A DNA stretch of 64,000 nucleotides from Fimbriosthenelais zetlandica (lineage: Eukaryota), in the NCBI GenBank assembly GCA_977030845.1, contig OZ365110.1, positions 29,202,001 through 29,266,000 on the forward strand, written 5' to 3'. The notes beneath the pieces were generated by a model, which searched no databases, was not told where the DNA came from, and was given only the letters and a program-made list of their open reading frames with translations. The number at the start of each line of letters is the position of its first letter. Within the stretch, counting starts at the first letter, position 1. Of this stretch, positions 12,641-22,770 are shown one piece after another. Made by a program: the position numbers and the translations under genes.

Positions 12641-12945
12641 ACTTGGCTATAGCTGCAGGAACAGTGGCAAGACTATGACAGGAACAGTGGCAAGACTATG
12701 ACAGGAACAGTGGGCCACTGTTATGAAAGCAAAACTTGGCTATAGGTGCAGTAACAGTGGCAAGACTATGACAGGAACAGTGCCCCACTGTTTTCAGCGG
12801 GATTGCCATTGTTTCAAGCTTGCAGGAACAGTGGCAAGTGAGCGGTGTCGACACCAACAGTGCGCCACTGTTATGAAGGCCAATTTACAGTGGCAAGCAA
12901 GAACAGTGGCACTTTCTCTGCAGGAACAGTGTCAGACTGTTATCA
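12641..12945 (-). repeat. Right subterminal array (AACAGTGGCAAGACTATGACAGG, 23 bp) with AACAGTG-N3-CACTGTT mini-hairpins
   Basis: Its reverse complement has the same GCCACTGTT + 14-bp architecture as the left array. There is a higher-order duplication, 12641-12722 versus 12734-12792. Confidence 0.9.
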
Positions 12946-14883
12946 ATTCCAAAATTTTAACAGTGCATATATAAAGCGATCTCTTGGTGGAAGCTAATGC
13001 ATTGGGTTTTGATTGATATAGTAATAAACAGCCTGTCGGAGCTGGCTTTTGAAAACACCTTATATACAGGGGTTCGGGGAAGTGGGAGAGATCGAGGGAA
13101 CAATGGGTCATGAAATGGATCACCTCTGGAAATCCCTTAAAGCTGCACTATCACTTATCTGTGTTGAGTTAACATTGCAAGTTAATGACAATCTATGGTA
13201 GTTGATGAATCCATACAGAGCCTTTTTAAGATTTAAAAAAACCTTATAAACCTAACACCATGCATATCATGCCCTATCCATAGAGATGATGGGACAAATG
13301 CATACCATGCGTCAATTTATCAAATATTAAAATCAAATTATCCAAACGCCGTAAGACGTATATATACCCCTAGTCAGGCAGAGGAATATACCTTCTGCTG
13401 ATGTTGCAATAAAATGAAATAATCCTTTAATATCCCAGTAACTTGTTAAAGATTTTAATTTGTGTTTACCGCTTAAGCGGGGAACAGAAAAGTTCCAGAT
13501 GCAATCAACTACTTACATGCAAATGTATGATAATAGGTGGAAATTAAAAGTAAGACAGTAAGGCTGGCTGGTATTTTGGATATAAAAAAGCACATTGGGC
13601 GTAATCGGATTGTGGTGGTTGAGAGCCGCAGGCAGTGTATGGGCATTATTGAATTATTCAATCTGGAGCTGAAGCACAGGCGATGATGCGCTCCGTGTCG
13701 TATGTAATTTGGACCCGGTCTCCATAGGGAAAACAGGGCTTTGAAAAATTATGGCTCATATCCACAATCTACCTATACTATATAGATACTGCATGGTAAA
13801 TTATGAGCGCATTTAAGGGCCTGCTTGCTGTTATTCCCTAATTCAATTGACCACACCCGGTCAATCTGCCTGCAATATTGCTTCGGTAATATGGGGAGAA
13901 ATACAAGACAAGGAACATAGACAAGCAGAAATGAATTGCCTGTTTTTGTGATATACATAGCCATATATGAAATAAATTCACCGCAAATACATGCATATTG
14001 AACGTATAGGGAGTAATATAGATCTAACACTGAATATGCTACATACGGTGTAATTAGGTTTATATTGCATATAGAGATAATGTGAATGGCACTATGCTGA
14101 CATGACATTGTGACCTTTATAAATGCGGTCCACCTTCATGAGATTACACAGTCACCTTAGTCGAGTCCCCAGCTGCAAACAGCCGCTGATTTTACAAGCT
14201 TCAGACTAATAGACAGCACTTACACGGCCCCCGGTGGCAAAACCAGGAACTAGGGATTGGTGACTAAGTGCTGGCATCTAGTGTCGAATGAATAATTAAT
14301 GGCAGTGCTTGAAATGCTTGGAGGCTCATGGTCCCTCTGCCCAGTTGCACAACAAACCATAGACTATAATGCATAATTAAAGTCATAAAGATGTTATAGA
14401 ATCCTCTTTGCAATTAGCAGATCCCATTCAAATTACAGTGGACTCTAAATATTGTATAAAACTGTTCAATCCCAATCATTGAATACTATACGAGTGGAAG
14501 GTACCCTGAAAAGATTCACACTTTGCATATGCTACTCATGAGTAGTATATGGAAAGTTGGCAATATGTAAGGCTATACTACGCTATGGAGGGTGTAAGTA
14601 GTACTGAAAAAGTGGACATTGATCCAGGCAATGAGAAAGACAAATCTGTGTTCAATTTTTTCCGTTAATATGATTATGAAAATTGAATAGAATAGAATGG
14701 ATCTCTATAGAATATAATGATAGAAAATTTACTTCAATTAAAATGTGTGATTAAATGTTCTACAAATTTATGCTGAATAGGATAAAAAGTCTCAATTCTA
14801 TAGTAAGCTAATAGTATGGCAATTCAAATAAGACATTTTTGCATCTGGGCATTACTAAAAATAGTTCTTCTTTCTTTCACCAG

Positions 14884-15544
14884 GCGGCGTCGGCGTGCCC
14901 AGCAAGCACTGGAAGACAAGTGCCACAGCGACCCCTGTGTGGCCGACCTTCAACTAATGAAGCCCTGTGCCAGCACGGAAGGTTTGGAAGAACGTGTTCC
15001 CATGTTGTCCAAAACCATGGGGGTACAACCCAAAGTGGCGGGCGTGGGCAGCGTGACCCTTGGGGAGTACACTGACGTCCGACTACGGCCACTGGGAAAT
15101 CAGAACCTCCCCACAGCCCAGGAATTATCCTTACTCGACCAGCTGAATCAGGATCTGTTGGACGACCCACAGAGACTGGGTCAGTGTGAATGTATGTCTA
15201 CCTACGCCCGTACCTGCTCAACTTTCAAACCTAAGGACCCCATATATGACAAAACGCCAACGCAACCGCAATCTCAGCAACTGCAAGTGCAGCATCAGCA
15301 TCAGCAACAGCTGCAACATAATCAGCAACTAGTAGGGCCAAACAGGGCCAAAAGGTGCCAGGTGATATCAAAAGGAGTGCCATTTTACTACGAGTTAGAT
15401 CCAAAAAACTTGCATCATCACGGAAGTGGGGGTTCACTTCCGGGTCCTGACGTAGTGACGGTGACAATGTGTCATATGAAGGAGAACCAATCAGAGAGTG
15501 AGAGTGAGAATGAGGTCAATAGGTTGAAAGAGCAGACCTTGTAG
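14884..15544 (+). CDS. Terminal coding exon: ~220-aa cytoplasmic tail (RRRRAQQALEDK...PFYYELDP...EQTL*)
   Basis: Longest ORF in the window (242-aa track ORF, whose first ~22 codons are intronic). Strong acceptor at 14883/14884, coding-like GC content, Q/H-rich stretch, TAG at 15542-15544. Family not recognised. Confidence 0.85.
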
Positions 15545-15567
15545 TAGGGACCAATCATTAATCAATT

Positions 15568-15573
15568 AATAAA
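15568..15573 (+). terminator. Candidate polyadenylation signal AATAAA
   Basis: AATAAA 23 nt after the stop codon. The context is AT-rich, so it may be chance. Confidence 0.3.
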
Positions 15574-16089
15574 TATAAATCATCTTTGAACTCCATCTAG
15601 ATCAATCATAAGGGTTATCTAGATTTGCGCAACTCGAGGGTCTAGACATCCCACAAAGAGCATTGACTGTATAATTGACCATGGTTTAACTCGATTTACA
15701 TTACTAAAGTCATGTCTTTGTGACATACTTTGGAGACTCAATGTTTCTCAATACTTTTAATTGTGAGAGGACTGACTCAGTCTTTCTCAGTTTTCATTTG
15801 GATTTGTACATTAATGAGTTTTACTCTTTTCCTCTAGATTATTATATGAAGGGACCTATGGAAATATCCCACTATATTATAGGAGCAAGAGGCCCTCAGC
15901 TCCTCCTGTTTGGCCTCTTTATCCTCATGCCCATCTTTCTACCCAATAATCAGCAAAGCTTTAGTGGGACGTGCAAACATGGTAGAGTCTACTGCTATAC
16001 CAGTCCTCCCTCAGCTGTCCTTCTCCGCCGGCCCATGATGAGCACACACTAATAATTATTACCCACGGTCCATCTAGCCTCTGCCATTG

Positions 16090-16560
16090 ATCCTCACTAT
16101 CCAGCTCCATTGACATTGGCCCTATTGAAGTCCTGAGTCATTACTCGAGCAATAGGAGAGCAGCTCAGGGCCCCAGCATAGCCTACACATCCCAGCCTGC
16201 CCTTGCTCTCCATCTCCCCTATGCGTTAAGATGGACCAAGTTTAATTCCGCCATTGGTTGGAGTCCATTGTTTGCCAGAACACGGCTGAGGCTCTGGGGT
16301 ATTGGGTCCACAAAAACCGTTGATTCTATATGCAGCAGTGCCCATTTCCACTGCTGCCATCTGTGGTCTGCGGGTGTACAATACCCACATCTCATCACCT
16401 ATGCAAGAATCCTGGACCAAGCCCGTTCACGACTTGTCATGCGATATTGGGCCGCTCCCTCCTATAAGATGCGCATATGAATTTTGCCGGTGGAAATTTA
16501 TTGTAGTTGGAAGTGATGGAGGGGTGGTTGGGGAATACCAATGGCGGTTGTCGGTGGGTG
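16090..16560 (-). mobile_element. Decayed Rex1/Babar-L2-group LINE, AP-endonuclease fragment
   Basis: PSLPTTINF (cf. PLPSI), RINGF...SGK (cf. IxGF..RxDR..SGK) and PIARVMTQDFNRANV (cf. PDA..GDFN.ANL), in the expected order. Confidence 0.55.
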
Positions 16561-17128
16561 AGGGGCTGGTGGCTGGCCCTGGGGACGGCCCGCTGCTTGT
16601 AAGGCCTTGATATGTGCTCTGGACAGAATACAAAGTGGCTACAGCCTGCCAGCTTGTCTCAATGGGAGTGATGGCCGCGACCGATAGCTTTTACCCTGCG
16701 CCCATACCTGACAATAGGCGATTTGCGGGATGAATGTAATAGCTCAGTCCAGATAACCGAAACATTTAAGGGAGACACTGCTTCCTTGTAGATATACGCT
16801 GCGGAGTGGCCATATCAGTGGAGCCAGATGAGTAGCAAAACTGACCAAGAAACTCACTACCTATATGTACAAGACCAAACACGGGCAGAGTTGGGCAGCC
16901 AGTCTTGGGGCAGAAGGTGATTTTTTTTTTTTTTACTAAAGTAGGGATCAATTTTATTGATACAAAGTCATTGGACTCCCGCGAGACCTTGACAAAATAC
17001 CAGGCGAGGAGAAGGCCTGAGAATGCCAAGTAATCCCTGTCAGACGTTATGACACTCAGAGGGCACATGACCCTCTGTGGCCACCAGGGGAGCCACTGTT
17101 CAATTACCAGGAGGCGAAGCTCACTTAC

Positions 17129-17187
17129 CATAAAATCCAGCGAGACAAGTCCACGAAATTCCGGTGGCCAATGCTTCTTTTTCTTCT
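17129..17187 (-). other. Exon-like segment (59 nt)
   Basis: Acceptor tatctccctgccag|A and donor ATG|gtaagt. All frames open. Confidence 0.25.
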
Positions 17188-17841
17188 CTGGCAGGGAGAT
17201 ATTCACAGAGGGCTATACGGGGTTAGCATTTACCACGTCCAACCTTACATATCCCAGTGGTCGGTATGCATTATTGACCTGCAAATACATAGCTTAGAGT
17301 CAATTTTTTGCCATTGTTCACTATTGAGCTTTTATATTTATGTAAATACGTTTAAATATGAAATAAAAATTTTATAAAATGGTGTTGCTCACAGTTCCTT
17401 GACTTGATATGTTTTAATCGTAATACGTTATATAGACAGATACAAGGATTTTATTAAATTAAGTATTGAAATTTTCTGAACAAATTTCGAAGCGTAAGTT
17501 AAATTCTGCAAGAATAAGCAGTTTCGACTTGTCTGGCTGGCTTGGTAAAACAACAGCAATAGATGGGCGTGAACTTAAATTGCCTGGTTTCCAGAGTGGA
17601 TGGGAAACAACCCCTTTGATTCAATCCAGCGTCTCCCATTTAGACTTGACTTCGAACTGATTACCAACAACGTTTGACAAAAATCAAATCTTTCAATCAT
17701 CAGACCTTAATCTTCCGTAACCCATAAACGAACGGGTCTGAAACAATTATTCTTTTTATAAAGGTTACGGTATCTCATGTTTATTGTCGCTTAGAATGAG
17801 CATTCAAAACGTGAAATAAATAAATTAGCCGTAATTCTATA

Positions 17842-17876
17842 ACGTTTCGAGGTAATGATTAACCCTCCTTTCTCAG
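17842..17876 (-). ncRNA. Degenerate Penelope-type minimal hammerhead-ribozyme-like motif
   Basis: Minus strand reads CTGAGAAAG-GAGG-(11 nt)-CCTC-GAAACGTT. It is one substitution from CTGAGGAAG, has a 4-bp stem II and the ACGT palindrome after GAA. Stem I is not evident. Confidence 0.4.
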
Positions 17877-20499
17877 TAATCTTAATTGAAACAACCCATC
17901 ATTCTGAAGAATCTCGCATCCGCAGAGACAAAAATTGAACATTTTAATCAAAAATAGTCGTGTTATGAGCAAAGAGTTGGATTAGAGGGATGCTCTTCTG
18001 ATAACAATTGTCATGACATCTAGAATAGTGTTATTTTCACCTCCCAGAGGGAGAGTTAATTCAAGGCCCCGGCTTATCAGCCACTCTCACACGAGGACAT
18101 CTACGTTACAGTTTCTTTTAGCCACATCATCATCATCATTATTACAGTAGCTGCTCCTCTGCTACACTTCGTCTTAATACAGCCACAGCCACACTGAACC
18201 AATATCTACATTGGCTTGGATTTGACGGAACCAGTTCCAAATATTTCTGTAAAAATCACTTCAAACAATTGTCCTGTCTGTATTTCAACCTTTTTCTTCT
18301 TTAGTTCTTGTGCTCCAACCATTGTACCTTTCACTGCGGTACTCCTTACCTTCCCCCCAATTCTCTAACGAGCCTTTTCTTCCATTTCTTATAAATGAAA
18401 CATTCTGAATAACATGCTGTAATTTACTGAAGTGGGCATTACAAAAGTAGGTCGGAGGCAAGTGGTTGAAGGAGAAGAATCGTTCAGTATTCATTAAATG
18501 TGTGAGCTAACTGCTATGACCTTTTGAATAAGGCTGTAAATGAGGAGTTTACCTGTGGATGAAGATTTATAGTTTCCTTCTAGTAATTAGACTAATTGGC
18601 TCACATTGCTGTGGGCTATGTATAGGCGAGGTAAGAGAAAGGTGGGGTGTTTTTTATATTGTAAGTTATCCTGCGTGCCATGCTTTTGATTGAATCAATT
18701 GCTGACTGAGCCCGATATAACATTTCTAGCCTCAATCGCCCACAAGGCAAGAGTACCGTGCCTCTAAATTGTACCTGAATGCATCAATATATCCTTTTTA
18801 TTAAAAAAATGTCTCTCAAATAAAATTATCTTATATTAAACCCACGAATTTTCACCTCATGTTTCGTACATTTGATAAATTATTTACCAACAGTCATGAG
18901 TGTTAATGGAACATTTTTTTTAAATATTGAAAGATCTTATAACAAGTTTAGCCTCAGACGGTCTGCTTGTTTCTGGTTTTGCAACATCCCATTCCATTTC
19001 CTGACAGTTTTCAATTAAAGGCCTCAAGATTTTTAGTCACTTCACAGAATCTGACGGACACTGTGAAAAACTACATCATTTCCTGACCTTACAATGAATG
19101 AAATTTTATAATCAAAGTAAATATTCTTGAAAATAGACGCAACATCATCAGGAGAGCGCCAAAGTATCCTGGCTTTAAGTGGATGGGAAGGGGAAAAAAT
19201 TACTTCTCATTTGGGAGTTGTCATCTGGTTCTGAAATCAATTCAATGGTCGGAAATTGAGGTCTATTCTTGTGCTTAAAACAAGGTTTCCATTTTAAAGT
19301 ATACCCATCAGGATATTTTCATCATACACAGGTCTATTCTTATTATTCCTGTCATCTTAAGATATCTCAACTAACTCCATTGGCCTTGCATGACAATGGT
19401 CTCTTATTGAGGGTCGTAATGCAAAATATTTACATAGGCAAATCGGTGCTGGTGCCTTAAAAATCAATATTTTTTCGCACCAGATAACAGATTTTGGATA
19501 GATGACAAAACCGAATACACACATCAATCTGAAGCCACGTGGAAGAGTTAATCATGAGGATCCAGATGAATTAATCAGCCTTCAGAAACAAGGCAAGTTA
19601 GAAGCTTTGATGGATGAGTAGGCCGGGCTAGGATTGAACCGTTGGAGAATTTTAACGATGAGGCGCAGAGACCCTATACCAATTAGAGCCCGAGTTCAGG
19701 CCTGTCATTGTTGCTATGCCAATTAAGGCCACAGCTAGAGGTAAGAGGAAAAATGGGGTGGACAAATAGACGCTGTATGATCATTAATTTCCAAGTACCC
19801 AACAATAGGTGTAGATAGTCAAAGGAAAAAAGGGGGGTGAAAGGCGTGAGTACAGAGGGATGCAAAGGGCTGATAAGATCAAACGGGCTATGACAGAAAC
19901 AGTAAGCCAGTGTGAAAGAAATTAAGTAAAGAACATAAGCAAAATGGAGGAGTTGGAATTGAAATTTTGATTGATAAAATGAAGAATCGAAAAGGAAGAG
20001 ATCAGCAGGAGATGAGATTAGGGGAGTTCCAGAAGACAGGAAAGAAAGATAATTTAATGAGATAAGATCAAGGAAGGTAGGGAGAAGGACAGGCATGCAA
20101 GGGACGGGGATCGGAGTGATATAGAAAAAGGTATAGGAAAAGGTAGAAAAACAAAGGTTGTCACTGGGTCACGGTTATACTACAGGAACGAGGGAAAAAA
20201 ATCATCCACTAATATGGATGTCCTCAGTCTATAGGAATATAAAGAATCTATACCTTCCCCTCCTCCTAGATAATAAAGTATTTAATGTACAACCATTAAA
20301 ATGTCAGTTTCATACACTGCCTTAACTTTCCATCATTTATATCTGACAAACATCTCGGCGTACCCCTCATTATGGTGTCGCTTTACAGCCACATCTGTTT
20401 GCAAGACGTGTAAAAAACAAGGCCCGTTTCAATATCATTATGGGGCTGTTAAATAAAACCCATGCCGTAGGTTGCCTAATCAACTCATGAATTATGCAT

Positions 20500-20670
20500 G
20501 GGGATGCATGACCCTTTCCTACAGAGATTCATGAGGCAAGGGCCTGAGACAAGACCGACCGATCGTTCATCCCTATGGAAGAAGCCCTTGAGAAATTGAC
20601 CATTTCTGGCCCTTAAATGGCATGCAATGTACACCCAGGTAGGCGTAGCCAGCTTTAGCGCTATGGCCAC
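20500..20670 (-). mobile_element. Possible LINE endonuclease fragment
   Basis: TPTWV (cf. TETWL) and QFLKGFFHRDERS (cf. LxGF..RxDR). Short match only. Confidence 0.35.
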
Positions 20671-22058
20671 ACTTTCCAGTAGTGTTTAGACCTTGACAAA
20701 GTAGGTGTTATTTATCACTCTAAACAAGCCCCGGTGCTGAGGGTCATTCAACAGAGTGGTAACTGTTACTCAAGCTCAGGGCAGGAAGCATGGACATTAA
20801 CATTGACAAATATCCAATCAGTCTGGCTTTACTAGCAGAGAGTGTGGCTGTTTTCCTGTGTTAGCTTTTTGGTGATGTCAGACCGCTGCTAATAGATTCT
20901 TGTTCTAGCCTCTGGCCAGAGTAAGATGGCATTGTTGATATATTAGGAGAAGCCAGGTGATGGCAAGTTGAAGCCACTGCAAGAATGCAAATTAAATTGG
21001 GATGTCAATTCACGACTGCACAGTCAAAATAACAAAACCCAAGAATTCATTCCAGTTCATTATATTCGGTTATTCCTACGCTACTAATAACTCCATAGCA
21101 TTAATTGCTAGTAAAATGCTTTGATGCAAGACTTTAGGCAACAATAGAGCGAGCAACGAGTTAAGCATCAAATTTCAATGGAAGGGAAGGACAGGGGTGT
21201 TGTGTGAGGGGCGTGTTGGCGGTAGGAAGGGATGATTTAGGTGAATAAACAAATACTGACAACAACATGCCAATACAGAGAACGGGAGAAGACCTTCCTT
21301 GTCAGTGTCAACTCCAATTAGTTCATCCTAACAGATACATCCTGCATAGACTGCTTCAAATCAAATCACAAGCTCATCGCTGCAATACAAGTTCAACATA
21401 TTGTAACATTTCCTCAAGTATCAATAAATTTAAAGAAAGATAACAGGAATATAGAGGAATAAAGAAATTGTTAGACATGCAGAGTCTTTATGTCTATATT
21501 CGAAACAAACTAGAGTTTCAATACTCACAAGACGATGTGAAAGATTAACACAATGTGACAAAAGTCAACCAGTCCACAGAAAAATGTATTATATGTTTGG
21601 TTCAGACATCATTAGTGGAAATAAAATTAAACAATATATTTATATGTGCAAGAGCAAGGTTATATTTCATTTTTCCAATCACGCGACCCCTACAATTATT
21701 ACCAATAAAATAAAACCTTTTCGATGAAGCCAATTTCAGTGCTCACAGCATGTCAGAACAATCTCGAGAAAAATAAGTGCTTAACAAAGAAATGTAATAT
21801 TCTTCCTTACAATGTCAATTCTCATTATTTTGTTCATTATTGCACTATACTCTAGCCCAAAGCTCTGTTATTCCCATGGTTCTAGCTCGAAGTAGCAATT
21901 GGTTTTCAACTTTTGGGACAACCAATGCTAGAAGGCAAAGGCTCAGTTGTTGTCTTGCCACATACCAGGGCGACTAGCAGTATGCATCTCATACATTGAA
22001 AACTGCAGTTTGTACATTGACAATTGCAGTTTACACATTAATTGGCAAGAGTACTCAC

Positions 22059-22195
22059 CAGAAAATGTCAATAGTGTAACTGTAAGACCACGAAGCGCAT
22101 CTTGACAGTGCGTGCACGGGCTCGGCCAGGGTTGAATATATTCCCACACCCATATATGCAAAGAACCCTTATATTGCGCCATCCCCAGCATAATC
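22059..22195 (-). other. Exon-like segment (137 nt) with one open frame
   Basis: Acceptor aaatattctctgtag|G and donor CTG|gtgagt. Open frame IMLGMAQYKG...LLTFS is not recognised. Confidence 0.3.
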
Positions 22196-22519
22196 CTACA
22201 GAGAATATTTATAGGAAATTCATCCACAGCTCATTTTAACTATACAAGTGCGTATGAAATTTCACCACACATTGCGAGCAGTCGGCCATTAAGTTTGTAT
22301 TGGATCCGGACTGTCTACTATGGCATTGAGCAATATGCTTTAGGAGGAGGGACTTTATTCTGCCCATACAGCAATAAGGCCAAGCTGTATGACATTTGTG
22401 GGATTTATCCCTGCCCTTCCCTCCTTGGAAGTGTCGTTAAACAGTGTGTGTCAGGCTTGTGGATTTATTAGACCACCTCCACCATACGTCACCGACCAAG
22501 TATAGCGTGCTTGCTAACG

Positions 22520-22770
22520 AGCAATATGTCGCTGCACAGCAGGTGGTAGCTAAGAATCCCTCCCTATTACATCAACCCAAGCCTTGACTCCCCATCCTCC
22601 CAACTCCTCCCGGGCTTTTATAAAAGGTCGTGGGTTCCTTTTCATTGGACAATTTGTTAGCCAATTGATGCGAGCGCCCTGACCCCCAGTGACACAGGAT
22701 GCCATGGTGCGCTGTTTCAATGGCATCGCCTATCTGTAAAAAACGAAGGGATCGAAGCTGGTTATGGACA
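22520..22770 (-). mobile_element. Possible Rex/L2-group RT fragment
   Basis: GDAIETAHHGILCHW (cf. EDAI.T.LH..L.HL), preceded by QLRSLRF. Confidence 0.35.

Larger units (their letters stand above)
9917..12965. mobile_element. Non-autonomous CACTA/EnSpm-like (CMC superfamily) DNA transposon
   Basis: Left end CACTGTTACAATT (9917-9929) and right end AATTTTAACAGTG (12953-12965) are 12/13 inverted matches. CA flanks both sides (9915-9916, 12966-12967). GCCACTGTT subterminal arrays lie in opposite orientation at the two ends. No transposase ORF inside. Confidence 0.72.
7039..14883 (+). other. GT-AG intron (7,845 nt) of the membrane-protein gene
   Basis: gtaagt at 7039, pyrimidine tract ttcttctttctttcaccag ending at 14883, and matching phases of the flanking exons. 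Confidence 0.75.

Noticed and set aside
14816-14883. ATG at 14816 as start of a standalone 242-aa protein
   Set aside because: This part is an AT-rich pyrimidine tract ending in a strong acceptor, and the phase matches the upstream TM exon.
15530-15544. C-terminal PDZ-binding motif (EQTL)
   Set aside because: Position -2 is Gln, so it does not fit the class I S/T-x-hydrophobic consensus.
16090-16650. DIRS/Ngaro gag-RT remnant (LSCSPIARV)
   Set aside because: The same frame continues into QDFNRANV, and upstream motifs fit a LINE AP-endonuclease better.
19626-19697. Second tRNA/SINE-like A and B boxes on the minus strand
   Set aside because: The boxes are degenerate and the T-stem does not pair. 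Too weak to call.
22560-22740. Gypsy integrase zinc finger (AHHGILCHWG)
   Set aside because: There is no CxxC partner, and DAI..H..L.H fits non-LTR RT better.
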